A stretch of DNA of 61,120 bases, counting the filler, from Nemertoderma westbladi (Eukaryota; Animalia; Xenacoelomorpha), in assembly GCA_032718475.1 (NCBI GenBank). It is 3 parts of 3 records of this genome, joined end to end, with 100 filler letters (N's around TTAATTAATTAA, not from the genome) between each part and the next. Parts side by side here need not be neighbours in the genome. Positions count along the whole stretch, not along the records: positions 1 to 24,916 come from JAUCBJ010002820.1; 2 more parts are not named here. One strand, 5' to 3'. How positions within the stretch are numbered: the stretch's first letter is position 1; each line of letters starts with the position of its first letter. Both the position numbers and the translations under genes were made by a program. Below are positions 1 through 13,432 of the stretch, one piece after another. Under the pieces are notes generated by a model, which was not told the DNA's origin, searched no databases, and saw only the letters and a list, made by a program, of their open reading frames with translations.

Positions 1-1010
1 TGTGAATTTGAAGAAAACAGAGTATACAATTTTTCCAACACAATTCGAGATGTCACTCATATCCCTCAACTAACTATTAACCCATGCCCTATTAAGTATA
101 CGTCCAGTACTAAATTCCTTGGGATATGGGTGGACAACAAAATATTATGGAAAGAACACATTACCGGTATCCTTAAAAACAATCTCTAGAACAACAGGCA
201 TATTCTATAAACTGCGCCACATCTTCCCGCTACATATCTTGTGACAACTCTACTTTAGCCTAATGCATCCTTACTTAAACTATAGATTTCTACTCTGGGC
301 TAGTACCTATGTCTCTACGCTAAAACCTCTTAGAGTAAAAATAAATAAATTTATTAGGTGTATCACTTTCAGCCATTGGCAAGCCTCTTTTTTGACATAA
401 ACGAAAGTACAATAAATCCTAAATCTGAACTCGGCCTTCTTTTTCGCAAAACATCTTCCATCCACAACTACGCAACTAGATCTACAACTGAAAACAAATT
501 CCATCTGCCTCTTGTCCGACTAAATATAGCACAACAATCTATGAGTTTTCTAGGCCCTTCAATTCGAATAATATCCACCACAATATACGAACAAAAAACT
601 CAAAGTCGTCCTTCTCAATTCTCAAAGGCTTAATTATAAACAAAATCTACTGGGAGAAAACACAATATAAATAACTATTATATTCCAAATACGACTCTAC
701 TCACCCTACTAATGAATTACAATGCTATAACTCACTGTTGTAAACGTTAAACAGATGTGGAGCTATTGCGATAAAATAAAGTAAAGTTATTCACTATTGT
801 ACACCACTTAATTACTTACACCATTTCACTTTATGCCACTTCTTTTTTAATTTGTGTAATCTGCAAGCAACGTATTGTTTTGGTACACATATTGTCTGTA
901 CCAAAATATAGCTAATTTGGGGAGTGGGGGCAATGTGGTTTACCCTCTGGTCGGATACCGAGTCGGCTTACTCCTCTATAAGGCTAAAATGGAAATAATA
1001 ATACTGTATT
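1..1010 (+). mobile_element. 3' remnant of CR1/Crack-like non-LTR retrotransposon (C-terminus of RT ORF and 3' UTR), frameshifted
   Basis: KFLGIWVD-type motif near 110-140; SIHNYATRS...LPLVRLNIAQQSMSFLGP (ORF 358-633) closely resembles the LINE at 10394-10657. The 3' boundary is approximate. Confidence 0.7.
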
Positions 1011-1367
1011 TAAATACATTTTTATTGTAGTGAATAATATTGCTAATAGTTTTTTGAATATTATTTGTCTATTAACTTGTTTATGGCTGAGATGTCAGTT
1101 CTTAGCAGTTTCATACACACCGTGTCCCCATATCCCTTTGCGAGGTATGCTGTCCTGCGCGTCATAAGCTAGCGATTTCTTCTCAGTTTCTTTATTGCGA
1201 AACGTTTTTATATGGGGTGATGCGTTTTCTGTAAAACGAGACATTTTCCACAATTTGTCTGCCGTTTCAATTACCGGTGGCTAAAATCAATATAAATACT
1301 GTATGTTAAAATTAATATTATGTTGACATACCGGTGTCCACGTGTCCTAAGCGAATATGCCATACTT

Positions 1368-2940
1368 GTACAGCTGTGGGATACTAGTACGACTGTGGGA
1401 TACCAGTACGACTGTGGGATACCAGTACAGCTGTGGGATACTGGTACAACTGTGGGATACTGGTACAGCTGTGGGATACCGGTACAACTGTGGGATACTG
1501 GTACAGCTGTGGGATACCGGTACAGCTGTGGGATACTGGTACAGCTGTGGGATACCGGTACAGCTGTGGGATACCAGTACAGCTGTGGGATACTGGTGGG
1601 ATACTGCTACAGCTGTGGGATAGTTGTGGGATGCTGGTGGGATACTGGTACAGATGTGGGATACTGGTGAAGCTGTGGGATACTGCGATACTGGTACAGC
1701 CGTGGGATACCAGTACAGCTGTGGGATACCAGTACGACTGTGGGATACCAGTACAGCTGTGGGATACCAGTACGACTGTGGGATACCAGTACAGCTGTGG
1801 GATACTGGTGGGATACTGGTACAGCTGTGGGATACTGGTACAGATGTGGGATACTGGTACAGCTGTGGGATACTGGTACAGCTGTGCGATACCGGTAAAG
1901 CAATGGGATACTGGTACAGCTGTGGGATACCAGTACAGCTGTGGGATACCAATACAGCTGTGGGATACCAGTACAGCTGTGGGATACCAGTACGACTGTG
2001 GGATACCAGTACAGCTGTGGGATACTGGTACAACTGTGGGATACCAGTACAACTGTGGGATACTGGTACAGCTGTGGGATACCAGTACAGCTGTGGGATA
2101 CTGGTGGGATACTGGTACAGCTGTGGGATACTGGTACAGCCGTGGGATACCAGTACAGCTGTGGGATACTGGTGGGATACTGGTACAGCTGTGGGATACT
2201 GGTACAGCCGTGGGATACTGGTACAGCTGTGGGATACCAATACAACTGTGGGATACCAGTACGACTGTGGGATACCAGTACGACTGTGGGATACCAGTAC
2301 AGATGTGGGATACCAGTACGACTGTGGGATACCAGTACAGCTGTGGGATACTGGTACAACTGTGGGATACTGGTACAGCTGTGGGATGATACTGGTGGGA
2401 TACTGGTACAGCTGTGGGATACCAGTACAGCTGTGGGATACCAGTACAGATGTGGGATACCAGTACGACTGTGGGATACCAGTACAGCTGTGGGATACCA
2501 GTACAGATGTGGGATACCAGTACAGCTGTGGGATACCAGTACAGCTGTGGGATACCAGTACAGCTGTGGGATACCAGTACAGATGTGGGATACCAGTACG
2601 ACTGTGGGATACCAGTACAGCTGTGGGATACTGGTACAACTGTGAGATACTGGTACAGCTGTGGGATGATACTGGTGGGATACCGGTACAGCCGTGGGAT
2701 ACCAGTACAGCTGTGGGATGATACTGCCTGGTGGGATACTGGTACAGCTGTGGGATACTGGTACAGCCGTGGGATACCAGTACAGCTGTGGGATACTGGT
2801 GGGATACTGGTACAGCTGTGGGATACTGGTACAGCTGTGGGATACCAGTACAGCTGTGGGATACCAATACAGCTGTGGGTTACCAGTACAGCTGCGGGAT
2901 ACCAGTACGCCTGTGGGATACCAGTACAGCTGTGGGATAC
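1368..2940. repeat. 19-bp minisatellite (CAGCTGTGGGATAC[C/T][A/G]GTA)n, ~80 units with occasional shortened units
   Basis: Directly visible tandem array; explains the many overlapping repeat ORFs in all six frames. Confidence 0.97.
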
Positions 2941-4016
2941 TACTAGGATCGGCATGCTGCATTTCAGCTGCATTTTTAAGAATGCTGTGCCGGCTTATCG
3001 ACAAAATTGCACCGCCACAACTCCCTATCACCCATGACATTTGCTAGATCATCCGCATCTTCAAGGCCAGTGTCCTTTAAGATGCGTCTCAAGAAAGTCA
3101 TGGGCTGTCCACCATGCTTATTCACTCCGATTCACAAGATTATGCACTGGCTGGTCCTCACGGCGAAAGCAATGTCCTGCAAAGCGGAGGCGATTTTGTT
3201 CTAGTGTCAAGCTTGGGGGAACCAATGAGACACCTCCAATGTTATATAGTGTCTGGTTGGAGATGTGTGCATTGTACTTGACACAATGAACCCGGCGTAG
3301 CATTCTTGTGAATGTGCCATCCAGAGATTTGGTGTCCTCAGCAGTTAGAGCCCAGCATGGACTCCCATAGAGGAGTACTGGAACTACTGTTGCTCTAAAT
3401 AATCGGACCTTAAATTTCCGATTAATTCTCGGTGACTTCCAAATCCTGGAAAGCCTATTCAAGGCTGCCCATGCCTTTCCATTACGTATTCGAAGGTCCT
3501 CACCTGACTTCCGGATCCATGATCCCAGGTAACAGAAGTCATCCACATGCTCAAGCATACCATCTTTTGAGCTCATGCTCATCCGATCAGAGACTTGCTG
3601 AGGACTTTCAAAGTTAACTGACAAAATTTTGGTCTTTCTGGAGTTAATAAAAAGACCAACACTAGAAGCAGCATGTTCTAATGAGCTGAGGAGCAGTTGG
3701 GCTCCCTCTAGTGATTCTGAGAGTACTCCTAAGTCATCAGCAAAGTCTAGATCAGTTAGGTACTTGGCAGGATTTCCTCGACTTCTGGAGCCTGTAGGTA
3801 GAGTTATCATCACCCCATCATCATTATGATGATCTAAGGACATGCGTAGAACATAGTCAACAACAATTATGAACAAGAATGGTGCAAGTGTGTCTCCCTG
3901 GAGGACGCCCCATAACACTTCAAATGGTTCTGTGTCACCGTCAACAGTAGACACAAATGTTGTCGAACCATCGTATACTGATCTGATTGCTGCAATAATT
4001 TCATCAGGAATCCCAT
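2938..4016 (-). mobile_element. 5'-truncated RTE-clade LINE inserted in the minisatellite
   Basis: ORF 3118-3954 with GVLQGDTLAPFLF, LDFADD, FCYLGS, RLRFAGHCFRR; short (TAG) tail at ~2938-2946; near-identical to 41300-43330 up to ...GGAATCCCAT (4016). Confidence 0.93.
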
Positions 4017-4180
4017 GGCTGTGGGATACCAGAATGGCCGTGGGATATACCAGTACAGCTGTTACCAGTATGGCTGTGGGATACTGGTGGGATACTTGTA
4101 TGGCTGTGGGATACTGCTACGGGATACCGGTATGGCTGTGGGATACTGGTATGGCTGTGGGATACCGGTATGGCTGTGAG
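4017..4180. repeat. Diverged continuation of the 19-bp minisatellite (TGGCTGTGGGATAC variant)
   Basis: About 8 degenerate units sharing the CTGTGGGATAC core, with GTATGG replacing GTACAG. Confidence 0.85.
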
Positions 4181-4720
4181 ATAGAAAAATTTAATTTTTC
4201 GCTATTTAATAAGTTAATACTAGTTAACAATAAATAAACGCTTAAAATCCTAAGGCTTCTACAGTTTTGAATCAAATCACATGAAAGTTTTTTATATGAC
4301 AGATCAAGGATGGGTCAAAATATCTATTAGGCGAAATTTTGTGAATATGATTCTGCAATGCGATTCTCAATATGATCGCTAGGTGGCGCTGTTAATTTAT
4401 GCTAATTTTTAGGTTTGTTAGTTTAGTATTACATTTTATTAACTAAAAATTTAAAAACGTTTTCGTTAATGCAAAGTTGCGATGTAGACACCCACAAAAA
4501 TTTTCAGACTTATTGCTCAAAAATTGTAGAAGTAGTAGGGTTTTGAATTTCACAATTTCATTAGTAATAGCAATTTCAATAGGTCTCCCAAAATGGAAAT
4601 TGTTATAACTTGAAAACTAAAAGAGCTATTAAATATAAGATTTCAGATTTGGAAACACCATTCAATCATGCAATATAATCGATCATAAAAATAATATATT
4701 TTGGAACAAAAGGGTGTACC

Positions 4721-4751
<31 letters not shown>

Positions 4752-4758
4752 AAACATG

Positions 4759-5461
4759 GGTACTAGTGTGTTATAGGTACACCCCCCACACCCACCCCCA
4801 AAAAAAAAATTTTACGAGCTAGTTTTTGCTATTTCTTTTTATAAACATGTTCCAGAACATTTTAGCTAATTTATAAAAAATTAATAAATGTTCTAGAACA
4901 AATATTTTCAATTAAAAAAAATAATAAAAAAATGAATGTAACATTTTTACACTATTTTTCTATGTTCTACAGTAGAACATATTGGCTAAATTAGAACTAG
5001 AAAAAAAAGTTCTAGAACAAATAATTTTTGTTCTAGAATATTTTTAAAAAATATAAAATTTTTTTTTAATTTTTGTAGAATTTGTTTCATCTAAGAAGGA
5101 TTTCACTGTATTGAGGTCATATATTCAGAAAATTAATTACATAGAAGACTTATACTGTATAAGACTTATTAATTCCTCTAAACTCAAATCAGTCATTTTT
5201 ACAACATGTAATCATAAATCTTAGTTACAGAAAATATAATGATCTATAAAATATAATTACCTTGATATCGAATTCAACATCACTAATGAAAAATATAATT
5301 TAAAGTTTTTTAAAAATTGACTCTAGAACAAAGAATATTTGTTCTAGAATATTTTATTATATGAATTATTAAATATATGACATATTTCCAAAAAAGTTGG
5401 CAAAAATGTGGTATAATAAAAATTTTGAGGGGGGTGGGTGTACCTACAACACACTAGTACC
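4759..5461. mobile_element. MITE-like palindromic element
   Basis: GGTACTAGTGTGTTATAGGTACACCC at 4759 is the near-perfect reverse complement of GGGTGTACCTACAACACACTAGTACC ending at 5461; AT-rich interior with many TTCTAGAA palindromes. Confidence 0.65.
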
Positions 5462-5989
5462 AATATATATATCAAATATAGCTGGTAAAATTCCGGTAAA
5501 CACCACACCTTCCCTTCGTGTAATCAGATCAAATTTTTTAAAGCCGCTCGCCGTTAAAATATAGAGCAAGTTCTAAAAGGGCAGTGGGCTGCAGCGGCCG
5601 CCCGTCGCTACCACTCGCCGCAGCTGTGGTGTGTCACAGTTTGTGGAATAATTTTAGCACCACTGGAATTAAGTATTTAGTAATTAATAATAATTAGTAG
5701 GCCTATATTGTAGCCAATACATTAATGTAAATAAAACTATAAATATAACCAAAACATTAAATATTCCAGAGTTTTGTTGGTTCAGTTTCATAGCAACTAA
5801 TGAAAATCTTACTCTTATTTATTTACAACAATACCCCTAATATAACAATAAGTGTGTACCCCCCCCCCCCCCCCCCCCCTAATTTTTGAAACTTTTAAAC
5901 AAATGATGCGATATTTATTTTATTATGAAGGAAGTTCGACAAAGTTTCATAATACTCTGCCTTACTTGAAACACTAGGATACAAGGTAC

Positions 5990-8013
5990 CGGTAATATAA
6001 ATCATAGTGCAGTCAGTGCGTTCGTAGCTCCAGATGGCTCCCACACAAGTGTGGAAGCTACAGAGAGCTATATAAAGTATATCTTTGATCAACACTTACC
6101 TCTAACTAAGATGAAAGTACATAACTTTCACATACGTCAACCTATTCCTGGTGTTAAAGGCATTCTAGCTGAGAAAAAGAAAGCTATAGCATGTAAGGAT
6201 AATGTTAAGAGAAATGAGTGCCAGAGAAAAATCAACAAACTGATCTTTGATAAACGGCAAATGGAATTCACCAATATGCCAAAAACTCAACTGTACAAAC
6301 TATCTGATACCTGTATAAGGAAAAAACACCAAGTTCATAAATTTGATGAAAATGAAGTCGAGAGTCTTAATAATTTCTTCACTAGATTTAACGAGGATGT
6401 GAATAAGGATGAGCCTATATATAATGGTACCACCTATGATAATGATATTCATGTTGATCCGATTGTGGTTGAGAAATTAATACGTAAATTGAAACCGAAT
6501 ACAGCCCAAGCCCAAATTGCATTGTTTCTGCAATTTGCTATAAAACCTTTGCAAAAGAACTTTCTATACCTTATGCTTCACTATTCAGAGATAGTTTCCA
6601 TCAACAAAAATACCCGCAATGTTGGAATTCGTCTTTGACATCTGCCTTACCTAAAAGATGTGATTCATCATTTTCTGAAAAAACCAGCTTCGGACCAGTA
6701 TGTGTTACTCCTTTGAGTTCTAGGTGTTTAGACAGATTGGCTCTAGATATATTTCGTAATGCAAGTTAATCCACTGATGATATTTTTCAATTTGCATACA
6801 AAAAAGGTTATTCTACAGCTGATGCGATCTTATACCTCCTTCATCAGATTACAAAAGCGTTAGATGAAAGACACACAATTGTAAAATGTTTATTCATAGA
6901 CTACTCATCTGCTTTTAACACAGTGTTACAAAACAAGTTTTTAAACAGACTTTTAGACGAATTACCAATAGAGATGCGTTGGTTGGCCAGCTGGCTTCAC
7001 TCATATATGAGTGGTTTCTCTCAATCGGTTAAATCTGGAAAAAACATATCTTCCTCTATTTCACTGAAAGTTGGTTTTCCCCAAGGGGGTCCTCTTAGTG
7101 GACCTTTGTTTACCAAAGACACTGATGAAATTCGAGCTGACGATGGATCCCTAGCAAAATATTCTGATGACTCAAGAAATCTACAGGCGATAAGGCATTC
7201 CGCAGAAAATGACAAATATAAGTCTAACATACAGCGAATTGTTGGGCTATCACATGGAAAAAACTTAAAGATAAACGCAAAGAAATCTGAAGAACTATGT
7301 TTCATTCCAATGAACTTTAAAGAACAGAAAGTTCTAGATATCGCAGAAGAAATAATCTGCATAGATGGTGACGAGGTTCCGCGTCCGTCCGAAGTGAAAC
7401 ATCTTGGAATATGGATTGCAAATAATCTATCATGGAAAACTCATATATTTAAACTTATAAAAAGGGTAAATTACATAGTTCGCCAATTCAGTTTTTTCAT
7501 CCGGTTTGCAAATAAAGATACAAAAATATTTCTCTTTGAAACTTACATTGTACCACAATATATGTACTGTGCGGTTGCGTGGGTCCCCCTCATTCCAAAG
7601 AATCTCAAAAAGAAGTTAAAGAGGCCACTGTCGCTGTTTGCCAAACACTCAAAAATTGTAAAACAAGTTTGCATGAACATTATAAATGATGCGTTTTCCA
7701 AACAGTTCACCAACATGGTAAAGAAGATTGTGGACACGCCGAGTCATCCTCTACACGCTTTCATTATTGGTTGCCGATCAAACTCCACCGCAACTCGCAA
7801 TAATTACAGAATGCCTGATACACGGACCAAGATGTTTCATAACTCTTTCGCTCCAAGTGCTATTAGATATCTAATAAACAATGAGATACCGATTTTCATG
7901 CAATGATATTTTATTTATTTTTATGTAATCTGTGTTTGTGATTAACGGTAATTTTCCTATTTACATTCCTCCATATGTACAGGAAATAAAACGAATTATT
8001 CATTCATTCATTC
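5990..8013 (+). mobile_element. Rex1/Babar-like LINE, degenerate RT ORF with (ATTC)n tail
   Basis: FIDYSSAFNTV, GFPQGGPLSGPLF, KYSDD, HLGI, HPLH, RTKMFHNSFAPSAIRYLIN; AATAAA followed by TTCATTCATTCATTCA at ~7986-8013; stops and frameshifts upstream. The 5' boundary is approximate. Confidence 0.8.
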
Positions 8014-8097
8014 ATACAAACATTTAATTATAAATACACCAAGTTCTAGAACACTTAGCTTATAGATGAATAATCCACATACTAGTATTATAATATA

Positions 8098-8760
8098 CAC
8101 CATCTCCCTTAATACAACAACCATTTTTAGCAAGAACATTTATCCACCTCCGTCGGCTGTATTTCATCAGTCTTCCCCGCCTTCATCTGCAGATTCCGAA
8201 TCTGAAAACGGTTTTCAATTTCACCAACATATTCCGGATATATTATCAAATTTATACATATAGATTTAGACACGTAAATCGATATAATTCTCATGTTTTT
8301 CTACATTTATTCTAGAATATCCGTAATGAAGAAAAAAAGATGGAAAGTTTTAAAGGCGCAGCTAAATAATAAGTAATACAGTATTCTAGAATAAAGACAA
8401 AAAACATTGGAATTATATCGATTTACGTCTCAAAACTTACATCTTAGTATTTTGATAATATCTTTGGCAATTTTTTGCGGAACTTAAAACTGTTTTCAGA
8501 TTCGGAATCTGCAGATGAAGGTGGTTCTAATGATATCTGGATTACATTCAATAGACGAAGAATAAAGCCGACGGAGATGGCTAAATATTGCTAAATAGAT
8601 GATTTTTAATGGCTTGTTCAACTAACATCATACCAAATATCGTAGCATTTTATTGAAATTTGAAAAAAAATATTGTAGGGGTGGGGGGCTCCATTGACTT
8701 ATTGTCTCATTGACTTGCCATTAAACCAAAAAATTGGTTATTGTATTAAGGGATAAGGTG
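8098..8760. mobile_element. Palindromic MITE flanked by TA
   Basis: TA|CACCATCTCCCTTAATACAACAACC...GGTTATTGTATTAAGGGATAAGGTG|TA; internal arms (CTTCATCTGCAGATTCCGAATCTGAAAAC at ~8181 and its reverse complement at ~8492). Confidence 0.7.
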
Positions 8761-9244
8761 TATGTGGGTTAATTTTATTCCCCATAAATTCTATTTTTTA
8801 GTTCAGCAGCCGGTTCCACCAACTCTCACTAACTGCTTAGTGTTAGTGCTAACTGCTTAATGCCACTAACCTGAGCCACCCTTATGACTTAGCCTGTTCC
8901 ACCAAGGTCACTAACTGTATGTGCCACTAACTGTTAGTGCGATTTGCTTAGGGACCTCTAGATATCCCTAAAAGCTACACTAACTGCTGAATTTACTTTT
9001 GTTGGTCGGATTCGGATATTATTACTTGCGATTGATTACAAATATATTTCATTTGTTTTGATTGAACCCCATCATAATGTATATACTGTACACCACTTTA
9101 CATACACATTATTTCCACTTTACATGTATACATTTTACTTTAGACACTTTACTAAATTTTTTTTTATTTTCGGGGGTGTCTATTATTTCGTCCCCATATT
9201 AACACAAAAAAATAATAAAGAAAATCCATTTATATATGATTAGG

Positions 9245-9745
9245 ATGGCGGCTCGTCAGTTTATATTATATGAATCTCGTCGACGACAATACGAAATGCC
9301 AAAACGGCGGATTTTGGACAGATTTAACCCTTTCCAGGTCTACAATGACTTTGAATTTTATCAGCGTTACAGGTTTGACAAGGAATCTGTCAGGTATCTC
9401 CTAGAAGAATTTAGAGATGGGTTGGTTGTCTTTCTTCGCTTCTTCTAAGAACTGCCCATTACCACCGGTTATTGTTTCGGTGTGGCCAAGTCCAGCGCCT
9501 GTCGAGCAATCTGGGTAATCCCAAATATAGTTGGAAACATTGACAAATTCATATCGTTCCCAGAAGGGGACCAAAAGTGTAGGACACAGGAGAGCTTTAT
9601 GGGATTGACAGGAATTCCTGGCATAGTGGGTGCAATGGACTGTACACATGTTGTGGTACCAGTCGGTGGTACCAGTCGGAAAAGCAAAGTGTTTTGCATT
9701 TATGTACCGCAAAGGCCACAAATCGCTCAATATCCAAGCAGTATT
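9245..9745 (+). pseudogene. Harbinger (HARBI1-like) DDE transposase remnant, frameshifted and deleted
   Basis: FEFYQRYRFDKESVRYL; KSSACRAI; GIPGIVGAMDCTHV; RKGHKSLNIQ in a shifted frame. Confidence 0.85.
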
Positions 9746-9879
9746 TTATATTATTTCGTAAATATTATTAATATTATGAATATTCCGTACGATCAATAAA
9801 CTTATTTATGTACTCTCATATTTATAAGTGTTTTTTGGTTTCGTTTAATTAATTAAATTCCATTATCAATTTAACATTT

Positions 9880-10340
9880 TTCACAAAAGTGACAGCGAAA
9901 CTATGTTGCATCGCCCAACAATTATCCTGCGTCACACGACGAGTCTCATTCTGCAACTTATCCCGATTGAGGAAGAGAATACCTCTCTTAATTTCCACAC
10001 ATTCCTTCTTCCTGTTCCTATCCTTCTATGGCCAGCTTCTCCTTCTCACTCTCCAAGACAACGAAATGGAGCTCTTCCAGGCTTTTTTCTGCAACTCTAG
10101 ATCGCTTGCCACTTCTTATTGACTTAGTCTTTGGAAGTTCCGCGACAGTATCCTTGTCATTTGTCATGGTCAGTGCCGCTGTTATAGACTGGTTTTCCGG
10201 CAACACAACTATTACTTTCTCCTCTCCTATTTACTCGTAATGATACCCTAACCTGACTTCCCTTGACGACTATTATTGTTGTTCAGCCGCTTGTATAACG
10301 GTCCTGCTCCACTCACCTGTCCCGAATGATGGGAACAACC
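9880..10340 (-). pseudogene. Probable remnant of the Harbinger second (Myb/SANT-like) ORF, C-terminal coiled coil
   Basis: Convergent with the transposase inside the TIRs; charged helix KSLEELHFVVLESEKEKLAIE (ORF 10018-10206). The Myb domain itself is not seen. Confidence 0.4.
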
Positions 10341-10389
10341 GAAGCTAGTGCTGTGCTGGTAGTACGTAGTTTTAGTTTATATACCGGTA

Positions 10390-12200
10390 TTAATTAAAGA
10401 CTATCTAAAATATGGGATTTTAAGTAATTTGAGAAAGTTAATTTTGTTTTATTTTTTTTAATAGAGAGTGGGATACTGTTCCAAATGGATGGGCCTTGAA
10501 AACTCAAGGATTGCTGGCTAGATGTGAGTCTAACTAGCGGTAGATAGTAGTTATCTTGGGTAGCTGAGCGGGTAGGATAGTTGTGAATAGTGGAAGTTTT
10601 AGCGAAACGGAGAGTGACAGTAGATGAGGTGATTGATTTAGAATTAATTTCGTACATAAATAAGCCTACTTGGTGCTTGTATAGGGAGTCCAGGGGGAGA
10701 ATGCCTAGAGATTTGTATAAAGGGGCAGAGGAAGCTTGATAGTGGCTAAAGGTGATGCATCTAATGAGTTTGTTTATTTGAATACGGAGAGGCCTTAAAG
10801 TAGAAATATATGTACCACCCCAAAGTAGAATGCCACAGTGTAGATAGGGCTGAATTAAAGAGAAATAGAGTAGACGGAGAATACGGAGAGAAAAAATATA
10901 GCGGAGCTTATAAAATATGCCAGATATTTTAGATATTTTTTTTAATACACTCCCTACATGAGACTTCCAATTCAGGTGTTTATCTACCCAGATTCCGAGA
11001 AATTTTGTACTTACAGTACGTTAAATATTACGAGAATTTATTTGGATTGGTGGAACCTGGGTATTAATTAGAGTTTACAGTATTAGAGAAGATAGTATAT
11101 TCAGTTTTAGTTAGGTTGAGAGAGAGCCGATTATCTATTAGCCAATCAGAAATTTTCTGTAATTATTCTAGATTAGTATTACTAATTAGGTTATTAACAT
11201 TATGATTAGATTGAAAAAGAGTAGTATCATCTGCAAATAGTGCAGTTAGTAAGTGAGAAGCGTTTGGGAGGTCATTAATATAGAGTAAGAGTAGAATTGG
11301 AGAAATTGTGGAGCCTTGAGGGACACCACAGGTTAGCGGTTCTAGAGAGGAGGTGTGGTTGTCAATAGTGACAGATTGGGGTCGGTCAGATAGAAAGCTA
11401 GCTATTAGTTTATTTGGTGATACCATAGGATTCAAGTTTCTTAAGTAAGATTTTATGATTTAGGGTATCAAAAGCCTTTTTCAGGTCTATATATATAGCG
11501 CAGGTAGAGTTTTTAGTATCTAGGGAGTCATGAATTCGTTCAATTACCGATGGGAGAGCATGAGTAGATGTTATTTTCGGTCTGAAGCCGAATTGTGAAG
11601 ATGTAAGAATATAATATTTGTTTAAGTATGTCATAAGTTGTAGATGAATTATTTGTTCATATATTTTGGATAGCACAGGTAGCAATGATATAGGTCTGAA
11701 GTTGTTAGGATCGTAGGGGCTCCCTCCCTTATAAGATGGAATAACTTGAGCATATTTGAGAACTTTAGGGAAGAAGCCCTGTTTGATCGATAAATTGATT
11801 AGGTAGCTCAGATGAGTCGAGATAGGTTTAGCAGCGTGAATTAATAATTTAGTTGGAAAGTTGTCATTAGATGAAGATTTAGGGTTTAGATTATGCAATA
11901 GATACTCTACTTCTAGTGGGGAGGTTTCTACTAGAGAGAACGAGTTGGATTGAGTGTGATTAATATAGCGGAGGGGAGAACGGGTAGAAGTGGGTATTTC
12001 ATTAGCGAGAGTAGGACCTATAGTAGCGAAGTGAGTATTTAAGACATTTGCAATGCGCGGGTTGGGTCTGTAATTGTTTCAGTTGAATTATTGGTGCATA
12101 ATATTAATTTTTTTGGAGCCTTTGATTTAGTAGATCTATTTAGAGCTGAATTAATGATAAGCCAAGTTTTGCGAGTGTTGTTAGAGTTTGAAATAAAATA
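10390..12200 (-). mobile_element. CR1/Crack-like LINE RT fragment nested in the Harbinger element
   Basis: NFRPISLLPVLSKIYE, QFGFR, YIDLKKAFDT, GVPQGS, LFADDT, IHNYPTRS in broken ORFs 11410-11898, 11163-11435 and 10394-10657. Confidence 0.9.
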
Positions 12201-12983
12201 AGCTTAGTGCGGCTTTTAGGGAGGCAGTAAATGCCACTACGCATAGGGTTAGTGTTAGTGGTCGTGGTGGGACAGCTAAATTAAGTGCCACTTACCTTAG
12301 TGCCACTAACACCACCCTAAGCGGTTAGTGGCACTAACTTGTTAGTGAGGGTTGGTGGAACCGGCTGCTCAACTTTCTTAATTCTCACGGCTCTCGTAGG
12401 GCATATCTAAGATGTATGATTTGAAGGGACTGAGGTTGAACCAGGCGTGGACTTAGAATCTGTACAACTCTGTGAGAGGTGTCTGTGGAACAGTCAGTTA
12501 CAGAGTAATCGTCCTTATGGTACAGAGAGAGAGAAACTGCACCAATGGCGCAAACCAGTCAATCTGGTATTTATATACTTTATAAATTGTGATAAAAAAA
12601 AGTTAATGTTGAATAGAAATAAAATTACTGAAACCACAGTAGCTTTACTTAGTAGGACCTACCGGTACCGTTTTGACTAACAGAGACGCAACGCAACTAA
12701 TCCCAACTCTACATTAAAATATTATTACTGCGTCTTGGTTTTTTTATTTAACATCGTTGCCGACGACAATAATAGAGGTCAATGACCTTGAGTGCGTGTA
12801 ACAACTACACGGAATCGCGCTTTTTTACACTTTGTATTGCCGATTTATCCTCACAAACGCGACGAAATTGAATTGATTCGAAGGTTGATTAGGAACCGCC
12901 GTCAGAATCGCTTACAAACCAGTCGCGGGCCGCCTGCCCCGCTAGTCCCCACATCTGTGTTCCCTCACAATAACTGTGTAGAC

Positions 12984-13432
12984 AATAATAATAATAACAA
13001 TAATGAGCAGTTATTATTAGAGCCCCCTAACTCCATGAGGTCAGGTTCGAACGCGCTGAAAGAGGGATAATATACTGTAGCCGAGTATTACTGAAAGGTC
13101 CTGTTGAATAGTTGAGTTGTTAGACCACGCCGGAAAGTATTGAGATCGGTTGCAGTTTTGAGGGATAGTGGTAAGCTATTAAAAATAACAGGTGCTGAGT
13201 AAGAGAAGGAGCGAACGACAAAATATACTACAGTAGGTTGTAACGGTAACGGTGTATCTTTAAAGTCCATAGATAGTGTCATAACAATCCATCGATTGTT
13301 ATTTGGAGCTAGTATGTCGAGAAGGTATTCAGGTACATATCCATTTATCGCCTTCCAGGCGAGAAATTGATTCTTGTATTCTATGCGATAGTTGATTGGC
13401 ATAATTGAAATGGAACTCAACCTACAACACAA
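12984..13432 (-). mobile_element. L2-clade LINE 3' fragment with (TAT)n tail
   Basis: PINYRIEYK...PEYL...RSFSYSAPVIFNSLP...LNTFRRGLTTQLF; AAT-repeat tail at 12984-13003. Confidence 0.75.

Larger units (their letters stand above)
8806..12368. mobile_element. PIF/Harbinger DNA transposon (defective), carrying a nested LINE
   Basis: 28-bp TIR GCAGCCGGTTCCACCAAC[T/C]CTCACTAAC with 1 mismatch; 3-bp TSD TCA at 8803-8805 and 12369-12371; HARBI1-like transposase remnant inside. Confidence 0.9.

Noticed and set aside
1368-2940. CRISPR-like array
   Set aside because: Head-to-tail repeats with no unique spacers, no cas genes, eukaryotic context.
1320-3047. Long ORFs in all six frames (up to 529 aa)
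   Set aside because: By-product of a stop-free 19-bp tandem unit; no domain, splice or start context.
4377-4391. CTCF-like motif CGCTAGGTGGCGCTG
   Set aside because: Single short match inside repeat-like AT-rich DNA; not supportable without binding data.
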